NCBI RefSeq assembly: GCF_009914755.1
Contig: NC_060931.1
DNA length: 64,000 bases
Source of the DNA: the human T2T-CHM13v2.0 reference genome, Homo sapiens
Strand: one strand, 5' to 3'
The position numbers and the translations under genes were made by a program. This document shows, in pieces, positions 1 through 13,250 of the stretch; the first letter of the stretch is position 1, and each line of letters begins with the position of its first letter. The notes under the pieces were generated by a model. That model was not told the DNA's origin. It saw nothing but the letters and a program-made list of their open reading frames with translations, and made no database searches.

Positions 1-772
1 GGGATTACACCCACTTTCAACAAGGGTAAGCTAATGACAAAAAATCAACAAAGAAACATTGGACTTACACTGCACCATAGACCAAATGGACCTAACAGAC
101 ATTTACAGAACATTTCATCCAACAGCTTTAGAATACATATTCTTTTCGGTTGCACATGGAACGTTCTCCAGGATGAATCACATATTAGGCCACAAAATAA
201 ATCTCAACAAATGTAAGAAGAGATGATCAGCTATCTTTTCGGGCCATTATGGTCTAAACTAGAAATTAACAAAATAAAATTTTGGAAATGTTACAAATAG
301 ATGGAAGTTAAACAACATCCTTTTAGATAACCAATGGGTCAGTGAGTAAGTTAAAAGAAAATTAAAATTTTCTTGAGACAAATGAGAATGGGACACATCT
401 TACCAAAACCCATGGGACACAATAAAACCAGTACTAAAAGGGAAATTTATAGTAATAATTGTCTACATCACAAAAGAAGATTTCTATGAAACAATCCAAC
501 AATGCATCTCAAAGGCCTAGGATTTGTTATTAATTTAATAATAAACTAAAGCCAAAATTAGCAGAAGGAAGGAAATAATAAAACTCAGAGCAGAAATAAA
601 CAAAATTGATGCTAAGAACAAAAATTCAAAAGATCAACAAAATGAAGAATTTGTTTTTTTGAAATGATAAAGGAAAATCAATAAACCACAAGCTAGGCTA
701 ACTAAAAAAAAGAAAGAAGACTCAAAAAAATAAAATCAAGGATGAAGTAGGAGATATTAAAGCTGATACCAA
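1..772 (+). mobile_element. LINE-1 ORF2 fragment (endonuclease/linker region), old L1MA-like copy
   Basis: Matches L1 ORF2 consensus (gaccaaatggacctaacagacatttacagaacatttcatccaaca; aaagatcaacaaaatgaaga; ctgatacca). Multiple stops and frameshifts. Confidence 0.92.
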
Positions 773-2158
773 CTTTTTTTTGCAATACGTTTGCAGCTAG
801 AACACCAGTGTCATGAAAACCATCCCTAAAGTCAAATGGGAAAGAAAAGAAAAAGACTCCCATCAACATTGTCAAAATTGGACACATTGATTCAGGCAAG
901 TCCACCACTACTGGCCATTTGATCTACAGATGTGGTGGGATTGACCAAAGAACCATCGAAAATTTTGAGGAAGAGGCTGTTGAGATAAGAAAGAGTTACT
1001 TCAAGTATGCCTGGGTCTTAGATAAACTGAAAGCCGAACCTGAACATGGTATCACCATTGATACCCTGTGGAAATTTGAGACCAGCAGTTACTACTTGAT
1101 TATTATTGATAGTCTGGGACACAGATGCTTTGCGAAAAACGTGAATACAGCCACATTTCAGGCTGACTGTGATGTCCTGATTGTTGCTGCTGGTGCTGGT
1201 GAATTTGAACTGGTGTCTCCAGGAATGAACAGACGTATGAGCATGCATTTCTGGTTTACACACTGGGTGTGAAACAGTTATTGTTAACAAAATGGATTCC
1301 ACTTAGCCACTCTATAGCCAGAAAAGGTACAAAGAATCATTGAGAAAGCTGAAACTTAAGAAAATTGGCTACAATGCCAACACAGTAACATCTGTGCCAA
1401 TTTCTGGTTGGAATTGTGACAATATGCTAGAGCCATGTGCTAACATGCATTGGTTCAAGGGATGGAAAATCACCTGTAAAGATGGCAATGCCAGTGGAAC
1501 TATGTTGCTTGAAACTCTGCAATGCATCCTATCACCAACTCATCCAACTGACAAGCCCTTATTTGTGGTCTGCCTCTCCAGGATTTCTACAGAATTGGTG
1601 ATTTTGATACTGTTACTGTGTTCTGAGTGGTGACTGGGTTACCTTTGCTCCAGTCAATGTTACAACTGAAGAAAAGTCTGTTGAAATGCACCATGAGGCT
1701 TTGAGCGAAACTCTTCTGGGGGACAAAGGGGGCTTCAATGTCAAGGATGTGCACGTCAAAGATGTTCACTGTGCCAACATTGCTGATGACAGCAAAAATG
1801 ACCCACCAATGGAAACAAATGGCTTTCCTACTCAGGTGACTATTCTGCACCAAACAGGCTAAATCAGTGACGGCTATGTCCCTGTACTGGATTGTCACAC
1901 AGTTCACATTGCTTGCCAGTTTGCTGAGCTGAAGGAAAAGATTGATTGCCAGTCTGGTAAAAAGCTGGAAGATGGCCCTAAATACTTGAAGTCTGGTGAT
2001 GCTACCATTGTCGATATGGTTCCTGGCAAGCTCCTGTGTTGAGAGCTTTTCTGACTATCCTCTGAGTCATTTTGCTATTTGTTCTATGAGACAGATAGTC
2101 GCTGTGGGTGTCATCAAAGCAGTGGACAGGAAGGCTGCTGATGGTGGAAAGGTCACCA
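773..2158 (+). pseudogene. EEF1A1 processed pseudogene: 5'TOP/5'UTR plus nearly all of the CDS, intronless, 3'-truncated
   Basis: 5'UTR cttttttttgcaatacgtttgcagctagaacaccagtgtcatgaaaac resembles the EEF1A1 TOP leader; ATG at 836. Translated pieces [39 protein letters not shown]. Frameshifts and stops, no introns. Confidence 0.97.
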
Positions 2159-2632
2159 GAGTTGGTGAGGAAGAAATAAAAGGCATCCAAACTGGGAAGA
2201 AGGTAGTCAAATTGTCCCTATTTGTAGATGTTATAATATTTTACATAAAGAAAACTCTAAAGACTCCACCAAAAACTAGTCAAACTGAAAAACAAATTCA
2301 CTAAAATTGCAGGATACAAAATCAACATACACAAATCAGTAGCATGTCCATAGGATAATAGTGAACTCGCTGAAAAAGAATTTTTAAAACTTTCTTTTAC
2401 CATAGCTACAAAAAAACTAGATACCTAGGAATATATTTAACCAAGGAGGTGAAAGATCTCTACAATAAAACTGTAAAACTTTGATGAAAAATAAATGGAA
2501 GAGGACACAAATAAATGGAAAGACATATTATATTCATGAATTGGAAGAATTTTTTTTAAATGGTCATAGTACCCAAAGTGATCTGCAGATTTAATGCAAT
2601 TCCTGTCAAAATAACTATAATATTCTTCAGAG
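2159..2632 (+). mobile_element. LINE-1 ORF2 reverse-transcriptase fragment (continuation of the element at 1-772)
   Basis: [20 protein letters not shown] is a degenerate L1 EIKGIQ..VKLSLFADD motif; gcaggatacaaaatcaacatac. Confidence 0.92.
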
Positions 2633-3203
2633 CAGCGGTCCTCAATGTTTTTGGCACCAGGGACTGGTTCATGGATGACAGTTTTTCCACAGACCAGCCA
2701 CAGGGTTGGGAGGTGGTTTTGAGATGATCCAAGTGCATTACATTTATTGTGCACTTTATATTATTAGCACTTTATTTATATTATTACATTGTAATATATA
2801 GTTATATATTATTTCATTATGTATTACAATGTAATAATACAACTCACTATAATGTTGAGTCAGTGGGACCCCTAAGCTTGTTTTCCTGCAACTAGATGAT
2901 ACCATCTAGGGGTGATGGGAAACACTGACAGATCATCAGGTGTTAGATTCACATACAGAGTGCTCAACCTAGGTCCCTTGCATGCGCAGTTCACAATAGG
3001 GTTTGCACTCCTATGAGAATCTAATGCAGATGCTGATTTGACAGGAGTCTGAGCTCAGGCGGTAATGCGAGTGATGGGGAGCAGCTATAAAATACAGATG
3101 AAGCTTCACTCTCACCTGCTGCTCACCTCCTGCTACGCGACCCAGTTCCTAATAGGCCACAGACCCATACGCCTGTTTGTGGCCTGGGGGTTAGGGACCC
3201 CTG
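2633..3203 (+). mobile_element. MER1A (hAT-Charlie) DNA transposon inserted in L1
   Basis: Terminal inverted repeats cagcggtcctcaa...ttagggacccctg; exact 8-bp TSD cttcagag at 2625-2632 and 3204-3211. Confidence 0.92.
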
Positions 3204-4540
3204 CTTCAGAGAAATAGAAAAAAAAAAAACAACTATAAAATTCTGTAGAACTACAAAATACCCTAAATAGCCAAAGACATACTGAGCAAAAAGAACAAAG
3301 TGGAAGGGATCACACCACCTGACTTCAAAATACACTATTATACAAAGATATAGTAACCAAAACAACATGGCGCTGGCACAGAAACAGACACATAGACTAA
3401 TAGAATAGAATGGAGAGACCAGAAATACATTCAACACCTACAGCCAACTGATTTTTGACAAAGATGCCAAAAACACACATTGGGGAAAAAGTAGTCTCTT
3501 CAATAAATGGTGCTAGGAAAATTCAATAATCACATGCAAAAGAATGAGACTAGACCCTGACTCATGTTATGTACAAAAATCAACTCAAAATGAATTAAAG
3601 ATTTAAATGTAAAGTTTGAAACTATGAAACAACTAGAAGAAATCACAGAGAAAATGCTTTATGACGTTAGGGTGGGCAAGGACTTTTTAAATAAGATCTC
3701 AAAAGCACAGACAACGAAAGCAAAAAGAGACAAATGGAGTTTCATTGAACTAAAAAGCTTTTGAAGAGGAAACTATTCACAGAGTAAAGAGATAACCTAG
3801 CAAATGGGAGAAAATATATGTAGACTATACTTCTAACAAGGAGTTAATATATAGAATATATAAAGGAACACAAACAACTCAATGGGAAAAAAACCCCCAA
3901 ATACCTCATTTTAAAAATGGGCAAAAGACTTTAATAGACATTCTCAAAAGAAGACATACAAATGGCCATTAGTTATATGAAAAAAATGCTCAATACCACT
4001 AATCATAAAGGAAATGTAAATGAAAACCACAACGAGATGTTACTTCATTCCAATTAGACTGGTGGTTATCAGAAAGACAAAAGAAATCAAGTGCTGGTAA
4101 GGTTGTGGAGAAATGGGAACACTTATATGCTGTTGGTAGCAATATATACTAGTACAACCATTATGGAAAACAGTATGGAGGTTCCCCAAAAATAGTCAAA
4201 ATAGAATTAACATGTGATCTAGCAATTCCACTACTGGATGTATAGCCAAAGGAAATGGAATCAGCACGTCAAAAGAGATATCTGTACTCTCAACTTCTGT
4301 AGCACTATTTATAATAGCTAATATATTGAATCGACCTAAGTGTCCAACAGTGGATGAATGGATAAAAAATGTGGCAAATATACACCGTAGAATATTATTC
4401 AGCCATAAAAAGAATAAAATCCTGTCATTTGTGACAACATGGATGAACCTGGAGGACACCGTGTTAACCGAAATAAGCCAGACACAGAATGATAAATACC
4501 ACATTATCTCACTCATTTTTAGATGTGGAATAGTAAAAAT
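3204..4540 (+). mobile_element. LINE-1 ORF2 C-terminus and start of 3'UTR (L1MA-like)
   Basis: caataaatggtgctaggaaaa; WIKNV...ILSFVTTWMNLED; atgaacctggaggaca...aaataagccagacacagaa. Confidence 0.9.
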
Positions 4541-7500
4541 AATTTTTAAATATAACAAGAAGATAAGAATCTGGTACATAAATGGATTAACAAGAGTCAT
4601 TTAAAAAATCTAGCAGTGTGAAATGTTGCATTCCCTGTTGAAATCTAAAAATGAGGGGTTAATATATGTTATATTATGTTATATATGTATGCAGAAATAC
4701 ATATATTCTGTTATATATGTACACAGAAATACATATATATTCATAGTGGAAGCCTGACTTTAAAAAGAACTTTTCAAGAATGGATTTGATCATCTCTTTT
4801 AAAGCCATCTAGTTTTTGAAAACAACCAGCCGGAGCTGACTATAACTTTGTTTTTATGCTAAAATTCTGAACTCCTTTAAACGAGTCTAAAATAAGGAAA
4901 GACCAGAAATCACAGTACAGCATATTGTCAACAACCTCTCTATAGCGACCAAAGGAGTTCAGGGCCTGCAAGTCACTGTGTTATAGTGTACTTGAAAAGT
5001 CATCTACACCACAGGAACGCAACCAAATAAATAAGTATTTCACCGACAAAACCCATAGAGAAAGAGTTTAAAGACTTCCCACAGCAATCCATTGCTGCCA
5101 CTAGCCATGTGTATTATCAGTAAATGTAAATGGTGTAAACTAGTGGTGAATATGAACACTGCTGCTTCTGGGTTCTTGAAGCAGTTTGTTCTCGTTAAGC
5201 TTTGTGAAGGGACTGAAGGCTTTCACTTGTTTTCTGTGTGAATGAGCCGTTAGTGTGTGTGGGAATGTTTTCACAGCACCATGCCTCTTCTGCCCTTTTC
5301 TATAAACTGAGCTACTTCACGTGTCTCCTCATATTAGTGCCATCACTAAACAAAGCAAGCGCTCATGAATGAAGGCTGATGTCAGCAAATTCTGAATAGC
5401 TTCTGGAGGGGCATCCTGCACCCTAACACTGATGCCAGCTAAGGGGATGAAGTCACCAGGGAGATCACCCACTCTTATTCTCCTAAGAACTGAGCAGTTC
5501 CAGCAATGAAAAGCAATACAAAGCAAACAAACAAATATTCAGATTAAAATGCAATGTAATACAGGGCAGTGCCAACATTACTTTACATATGACTACACGG
5601 TCTTTACACTAAATATCCAGAAGTACTGTGAAAATCAGTTATTTTCTTGAGATATATTATAAACTATAATGAGATGTTTCTATGGTCCCTTTATTTTAGT
5701 TTCAGTGAAACATGAAAAACACATAAAAATAAAATTTTAGAAACATGGTAGTACATTTGAACTCACTTATAAACTTAATAATGCTGAACATTAAAATAAG
5801 GACAGAACATGATGATGAGGAAAAGTGATTTACAGTAAACATTTCCTTGTAAAACAGAACTGTTTCTGGTATCCAATTTACCCTGGTTGCATGTAAGTCT
5901 TACGTGCTTAGCAAGAGATTGAAAGACTTTATAATATTTGAGGTTATTGTGCATAAAACCATTGCTGGTCAGAAGTAAATCTTACTGTCTTGGCAGTTTG
6001 TCTTCAGAGAATAGGCGACATGTCTAAATAGAATTAAATCTCAGCAACCTTCATGTAGAACTGTTTGTTGCCGAAAAATATAGGATTATATCATGACGTC
6101 TGGTGACTTGCCAGAGAACCCTTGAAACCCTGCTGAGTTCAAGGCTCTGCACAACAGGAATGTCATAGTTTCTGCTTAGAACAGTGTGTGTATTTAAGGA
6201 GTTTTGCTGTTAATGCAGGACTAAGGACCCCTCACTCATGAACTGAGACAGGGACTGTTATTGTCGAAAGCACTAAACACACTTTCCTCATTGCCTCACC
6301 ATTTAAAGATGAGCAGTTTTTGACTCATGCCTCAAAGAAAGAATTATTCTAGTCATAAAAGCCTGCTAAAGTTTTCTTTTTTAAAGCTTATAAACAGACT
6401 GCGGGCAGATTGACCATCATATCTAATAAGCTAACTGTTAACAAGTTAGTACAGTTTAGTATACACCTGAATACTTCTATTTTCTATATTTTTCTCCTCC
6501 CCCCACACTCCCTTTCTTTTGAAGTAATTTTATTTCATGACCTTATGTCTACAGAAAAAGAATTATATTACTGTCTTGGATTACTAAATTGAATTAATGT
6601 TGACATAAATAGTTTTATTTGGATGGAATTTTAAAATTAATTCCATTTGTAAATAACCATAAGAAATACAATCTCCTTTGTCATTTCGATCACAAAGTAG
6701 CAGAGAAATCTATTCCACACATAAAATCACTTAGAAGAGAGAACTTGCAACTTACTACAGTATAAGAGATTTTCAGTATCTAGTCACCTTATGACTCATA
6801 TTAATCATGTACTGACAAGTTTCCAAAGAGCTTGAATTAAAAAAAAAATAAGCCCTTGTATATAGACATGTTGAAGGACTTAGATAAGTACAAAAAATCT
6901 CTGTGAAAAAGTTTTCATTGATGTTTTAAAAAGCGTGTTATTTTATCTTTACAAAGGAACTGCACTAACACTAATCTAGCTTTTGGAAAATACAGCAACA
7001 TTCATGACTAATCGTAGTGTGAAAAGTAGAAATGGACATGAAAAGTATCATCACCTCTAGCAACACTTGAAACCCTAAGAGAGGTTCAAATGCAAACTTT
7101 CAGATTTTCAACACTGAAAAACCAAGGACTTTATCTTCCCTTTCAAGGAGTTGCTTTGTGGGGCGGGGGAAACCAAAACCTCTTTTGTAGTACAAACTTT
7201 GCCAATATATCTGATTCTTTTTCTACCTCCTCTTAGAAGAGATATACCCCCTTTTTAATAGTTTAAAAATACTATTGCAGTGAAACTCTTGGTACAAAGG
7301 AAAATTATTCTATTTAGTCGTATTCTTTTAAAAGTTATTTGTTTAAAAGGGCTTCACTGTATTGGTCTTGCAGCCCTTCATACAACAGAACAAAAGCAGT
7401 TCTATGAAAGAAGACTAAACTTGAACAAACCGTAAAAAAAAAAAGCAAAGTTCCTCTCTGTTTTTATCAAATTTGATTGCTGCAGCTGTTCCCAGTTTCT

Positions 7501-8334
7501 GTATTTTAAAAATAGCCTTATTCAGTGCCTTGTTGGCTAAAGGCCAGAGTGCCATTAGAACATGCTGTACGGAAAACCTCTATTCAGTTACAGATACAGA
7601 AATATATTTAAGATCAGTGGGGGTCATCTGCAGCAAACACTTGTAAAGGAAAATCGAATTTTAATGTGTTTGGACTGATTGCCACTTTTACCAGATAGTT
7701 TAAAGCTTCCATATAGAACCATCCTATTATTTTTTCTTTTAGGTAAAAATGCAAAATGCGTATGAACTTCATTGGACAAATATTATTAGAAAGGTCTGTT
7801 TCTCAAATAACAATTGTACAGCTGAGATACACATTTCAAAGAATACCTACTAGTGGTTTCTGTTTGACAAGCTCACAGGCATTCATCGAGTGAAAAGGTA
7901 GGTAATATTGAGCAAATGCTACAAATGGAATCATAACTTCTTTCTGACACAGTCCTCCTAAGTAAGGTCACGAGGTGTGAAATAGATTGATCTGCCCAAG
8001 GGAAATGAGTCTGGGGACTCATTTTGGACTTAAAGTGTGTGGGGAAAGGGTGAAAGAATTGAGTTATTCAGTGATGTTTCAGAGTTGACCTTCACATCTC
8101 TTCAGTTCTTTCCTTTGCCTCAGCAAAGGATTGAAATTAGCATTTGGGACTAAACAGATTCCTGTAGGAGTCCTAATTTGAGTTGTAAGTAAAAAGGATC
8201 TGCTTCGCATAAATCATCAATAAAAAGGAATTTTGATTCCAGGTATTGAAAATAGTAAGAAAAAATTAGAAAGCAGAGGTCTAGGGAAAACTAAGGTGAG
8301 AAGAAAAAATTTCATTAGGGAAATATACAGCAGT

Positions 8335-8650
8335 TGTCAAGGTATGGGAACATCTAAGATTTCACCTTTCTTGAAAGCTAACATGTTAGCCTGCCACAGC
8401 TTTGTTGAGGCTGGCAGAAGACATGAGTTCCCTGCATCAGAGACCCAAGACGTTACTATCCACAGCAACAGCAGTCACCAGTCTTAACATCTAAATCAGT
8501 CCCCCAAACCCCAACTTCCATAGGGTGAAACAAAGAGGTCTGGGAGATACCTGCACACATAATGGGCTGCATTATAGAAGAGAAACCCATGGCTTACAAT
8601 ACCTTGATCTTTCATAATAGAAAATAAGCCTGCCTGATCTCTTCCCAGCT
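8335..8650 (-). mobile_element. ERVL LTR fragment (LTR40-like)
   Basis: Reverse complement gtctctgatgcagggaactcatgtcttctgccagc...ctgtggcaggctaacatgttagct...ttgaca matches an LTR40-type 3' end and the copy at 22363-22760. Confidence 0.6.
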
Positions 8651-8989
8651 GCCAAACTGGCTAAAAAATGAAGCTCTTATTGACATTTTTATGGTTATAT
8701 GTGAATTGCTACCATGATGGTATTAAAATAGAAGAGATATCAAAATATTTCACAATCAGCAAGAGTACTGGCCACAGTGTATCCTAGATATTGTAAGAAA
8801 ATAGGGTCCCAGAGGTCTCTAAGGTACCTGGCATTGATACTTTAAATGTTGGATTTGGAAAAGTCTGGGAGGTCATGAGGAGGGATAGGGGGAACCTGGA
8901 AGGACAGGGCGAACTGTGCAGAAATATTTAAATAATTTAACATTTGGTACAGCTATGCTGAAGGTCCCAGTGGAAGGTACTAAACTGAA

Positions 8990-9135
8990 ATATGTCTCAG
9001 AAGTTCTGATTCCTAGTCCTAAATTTTGATTTAGCTAAAGGGCAACTTCAGGTAAGTCATTTAATGTTTCTGGGACCCAGTTACCCTATCTCTAAAAGAG
9101 AAATGGTACTGACCTTAGATTGTGATTAAATATAT
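8990..9135 (+). mobile_element. MIR fragment
   Basis: ggtaagtcatttaatgtttctgggacccagttaccctatctctaaaa is a MIR core. Confidence 0.6.
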
Positions 9136-10654
9136 TGTTCCAATCAGTTACATAGTAATTTTTTTGCTCATTCTCTTTCTCCCCTACACTAAATAAACTT
9201 TATGTATAAGTAATAAAATTATAAATTCTGTGGCTATTCCACTTTTGATAGACAAAAATTTCCACGAGAATAGCTTGAAAAATATTGGAAGTGAAGTAAT
9301 TGAGCGTGATGGGTCTCAGATGAAAGACATTTGGCTACAAATATTAAAGTGGTGGGGGGAATACAGAATGAATAGGAAAAAGGAATAGAAAAACAAAAGA
9401 ACAGCAAATAAAAATGTCTGATCTAAGAAAGCATTTGGATCAGATGAATGGGAAATGTAATTAGGCTGGACACCTCCGGAAAGGGCAAAAATATGAGCAT
9501 TTCCACCATGAAATCAAAGTAAGATAGAGTAACTAGGTCAGCACTCTGCAGGCGGCCTGGGACAGGACTGGGCTCACTGTGAACTTAGAAGCAGAAATAA
9601 AATCCACATGGTCACATTTCCACAAGGAATGGAACAAATAGATGATGCCCAGGTGTTCTAGGCATAAGGCATTGTAGAGCAAAAAGTTCAGTGGGATTCA
9701 ATTAGTAAGTAGAACAAAGCTTCACTATAACTGGGCAAGTGGCAGTGCACTATAATGAAGCTCTTAATTAGGCTAATAATTTAATATAAGTATGTTACTA
9801 TGTTATTGCTTTAAGATTTCTGAAATAAAAGGAGTAGTGACAACGAAGTATACAATTTCTTAGCTTTCTGGATAACAATATTGCAAAGCAAGATATTTGT
9901 TATTTAGCAAATACTTACTACAATGTCAGAAATTATGAAAACAAGGATCAAAACAAACAAACAAACAAAAACAAAATCTAGCTCCTGAGTATATAGTGGT
10001 GTACAGGGCACAAAAAGAGACCTTTACTACAATAATTGACAAGGAGATGTTCAGATTTCACTCCAGGTTCAGAGCTGGCCTTTAAGTCTAGAACTTCTGG
10101 AGGCCAACATGCCACTGCATAGAGGTCATTCTGGTTAATAAATTGAGCACGAGGATTCACCCATTCCTGAATCTAGTTCTTTAAAGTTGTTTAGTAACAA
10201 TTCTCCTTTAATACTTTCTCTTATGTTGCCAGTCCTCTGCTAAATGTTATAAAAACACAATATGTTTATGACTCTTTTGTACTCAACCTATACTATGAGG
10301 CAGCAATGAGAGAATCAAAAAATTACATGGTGTGGCCCCCAGAGTGCAAGACCTAGCAGTTAAAAAATGATACCTATCACTGTGCACTTTGGCTACCTCA
10401 TTACCTAGTGAGACAACTCCTCATTGTTGAGCATAATCACTAGGAATATTTTAGTGCAACTCATGTATTCCCCACATTACCCACAAAAGCCGTCCTCATT
10501 TTTACACAGGTGTTATGAATTTCTAATTGTCTCTTTTTGTTTCTTCTTGATTAGGAATTTGGCAAGAATTTTTATTTTCCTGGCTTACATTTTATCTCAA
10601 TGTTTATTTTCTTATACATATTGTTTCATAATACTACATATGATTTCTTTGCCC

Positions 10655-11800
10655 ATTTATCCATTTACCTCATCCAACAAAGTTACATTGAGCACCAACA
10701 GATGCTTAGTAGATCAATGTATGCCAGGTACTCTGGAATGTGACTGAGATAGATGTAAAAAGCTATTAGTCTCCTTAAGAGCACTAACATGTAAAAAAAA
10801 CGTAATGTAGCATTGTCAAAAAGGGAGAGTGTTTAACTCTATGGAGGATGGTTGGTGGTGGGGAGAGAGTTGGGATTGTAGAAGCTTAGGAAAAGCCTAA
10901 AAAGTTGTGAGAAATTAGGTAATGAAGATTCAGTCATGAAGGGCCTGAGAGCTTGGGTTTTCCTTACATTTGACTAGGGTGTAGTTAAAAATTCTAAGCT
11001 AAGTAGAGAGGCAGTTAGATCACATTTTATAAAGGACATTTAGGGAGTTGTGGAAGATGGTTTCTTCATTCATTTAGGCTGCTACACAAAAATACCATAA
11101 ACTGGATCGCATATAAACAACAATGTATTTCTCACAGTTCTGGAGGCTGGAAATCCAACATCAAGGCACTAGCAGCGTCTGGTGAGGGCCTGTTTCCTAG
11201 ATAGCTGTCTTTTCACTGTAACCTTACAGGATGGAAGGCTTGAGGGATCCTTGTGTGGTCCCTTTTTATACAGGCATTAATCCCAATTATGATGGCACCA
11301 CCCTCATAACTTAATCAACTCCCAAAGGTCTCACTCCTAGTAACATCACCTAGGGGTTAGAATTTCAATATATGAATTTTGGGCAGACACAAACATTCAG
11401 ACCATTGCAGATGGATTCAAAGGCAATGAGGTAAGAAACAGCAGGGTGATCAATTAGAGAAGCATTGAAATAATGCTGATGAGAGATGATAGGGAGTTAA
11501 AGTAAGCTGTGACCAGGTGCATGAGAGTGAAAGTTGCTTAGGAGGTAGAACTGACAGCATTATGAATAGCCACCTGGGGAGTGTCGGAAGGCATTGCAGT
11601 GGCCACCGGGGTTCAGGGTTGGTAGACAAGCTGATGATGATGTCACCAACTAAGATGCAAAATCCTGGGGGAAAAGCAAGTAGGAAAGTAGGAAACATGG
11701 TAAGTTTGATTTTGCATGTGCTGGTATTGTGGACTCTGTGGGACATCCACATGGAGCTCTCTATAGAGAGGACGGCCTGGTGAATATATATCTGTAGATG
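10655..11800 (-). mobile_element. L2 element interrupted by MLT1A
   Basis: L2 3'-end reverse complement (catccaacaaagttacattgagcacc...gtatgccaggtactctg) and purine-rich L2 body (gtgggacatccacatggag). Confidence 0.7.
11061..11409 (-). mobile_element. MLT1A-type MaLR solo LTR
   Basis: atttctcacagttctggaggctggaaatccaacatcaagg...gacacaaacattcagaccattgca; 5-bp TSD gatgg at 11056-11060 and 11410-11414. Confidence 0.88.
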
Positions 11801-12889
11801 TGAACATTATTTCCAAATTAATTACAAATTAAAAAAATAAGAATCATATATCATGTTGCTTTGGAGTTTGTTGTTTTGTTTTTAGATGTCCAAATGCATA
11901 ACCTGGCACAGAGCAGACAATCAATAAGCATACGTTGAATTAGTAATAATGTATTATATTAAGTACACTTGAAGCTTTCCTGATAGTCTTCTATAAGAGG
12001 CTCCAATAAAGGGTAGACTCACCTTTAAATTTGGCTTACAATGAGTACTAGCTAGGAACAAAATAATTGCTCATGATTTCAGAGAACACTTCTTGAAGTG
12101 ACAAATATATTTCTTTTGATAAAGGTAACCATTAATGGATTATCTATAATGTGATAATTGCTTCTTATATTTATCTAGCTCTGTTTAGTTTCCCATTCTT
12201 TTTTATGATTTAATGTACTCATAGTATTTATATGCTTAAACCATTGTTAACTGGATTTTTTTTCTGGTAACCAATAGCATTTCTTACTGATACAATTTTA
12301 CAGATGGAGGAAAGAAGTCAGAGAAGATGAATGGTTTGCTCACAGTAATTCAGCAGTGTCTAGAGTTCTTCCCATGATATCATAATTCCTCTCAACATCA
12401 TGAGGCTACTGATGGAAAGTGCCTTTAGGTATCTGTCATTAATTACTAATAACAAGGTATTTTTCAGGGGCAAAAGCTGTTGTTACTTAGCCACACTGTT
12501 GAAAACTCCTTTGCCGTGACTAACTCTTGTCAATCCTGACAGTGATTCAAGAAAACTGTTAATTTCATTATTTTTATACTGACTTTGCTAAAGATTGAAA
12601 TCAATTTGCTACATTTTTGGTATCTTTTAAATAGTATAAATAAATTAGAACCAAATCTGTAACAATATAAAAAAATATTATATAGAACTGCCTATTAAAT
12701 GTTTTGTGTTTTCAAATATTTCTAAAAATGATTACAATTTGATACTATTATTAAAATTTAAAATTCCGTCTTTGAAACAGAAGTTGTCAGGTACTGATCT
12801 GTTACTGTAAGATGCCAATCATATTATCACATTTCTAGTTGCTGAAGTATTTTATGAATTTTGAATTCTATTAAATGGTGATTTATTTT

Positions 12890-13250
12890 TTTCCAGATAA
12901 GTCACCATGCAAGAGGCACTTATTACACATGTTTTTCAGCATATGTTGCAAGTTTATTTTAATGCTGAAGAGGCACATTATGATCAAAGCAGAATTCTGC
13001 CCAATTTAAACTGTTCCAAGCTATTTTCATACATTCACTCATGTAATACTGTAAGATTTACATTAAAATGAATGCTCGTCTACAATTAAGCGATTCAGTC
13101 AACATTTTAAAAAAAGGTGCAAATGTGTGCAACGTGAAAAAAAATCAACAGATGTGCGAATAATCTCTACTTCGGGGCCAGTATCAAAAAGAGCAGTAGC
13201 CAAAAAAAAAAAAAAAAGTTAAAAGTTTCAGCACTTATTTTTCGTCTATC
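12890..13250. promoter_or_regulatory. Candidate conserved non-coding enhancer-like element
   Basis: Unique sequence with several retained CpGs in AT-rich context, a TCF/LEF site (gatcaaag ~12983), E-boxes (caaatg, cagatg), acgtg, and a repeated aagaggcac motif. Confidence 0.35.

Noticed and set aside
919-1633. Functional EEF1A1 CDS
   Set aside because: Fragmented by frameshifts and stops, intronless, and missing the 3' end.
11450-11783. 88-100 aa ORFs
   Set aside because: Lie within a decayed L2.
13120-13217. Small RNA retrocopy (segment followed by poly-A)
   Set aside because: No match to snRNA, Y RNA, tRNA or 7SK that I recognise, and no TSD; kept only as a candidate regulatory element.
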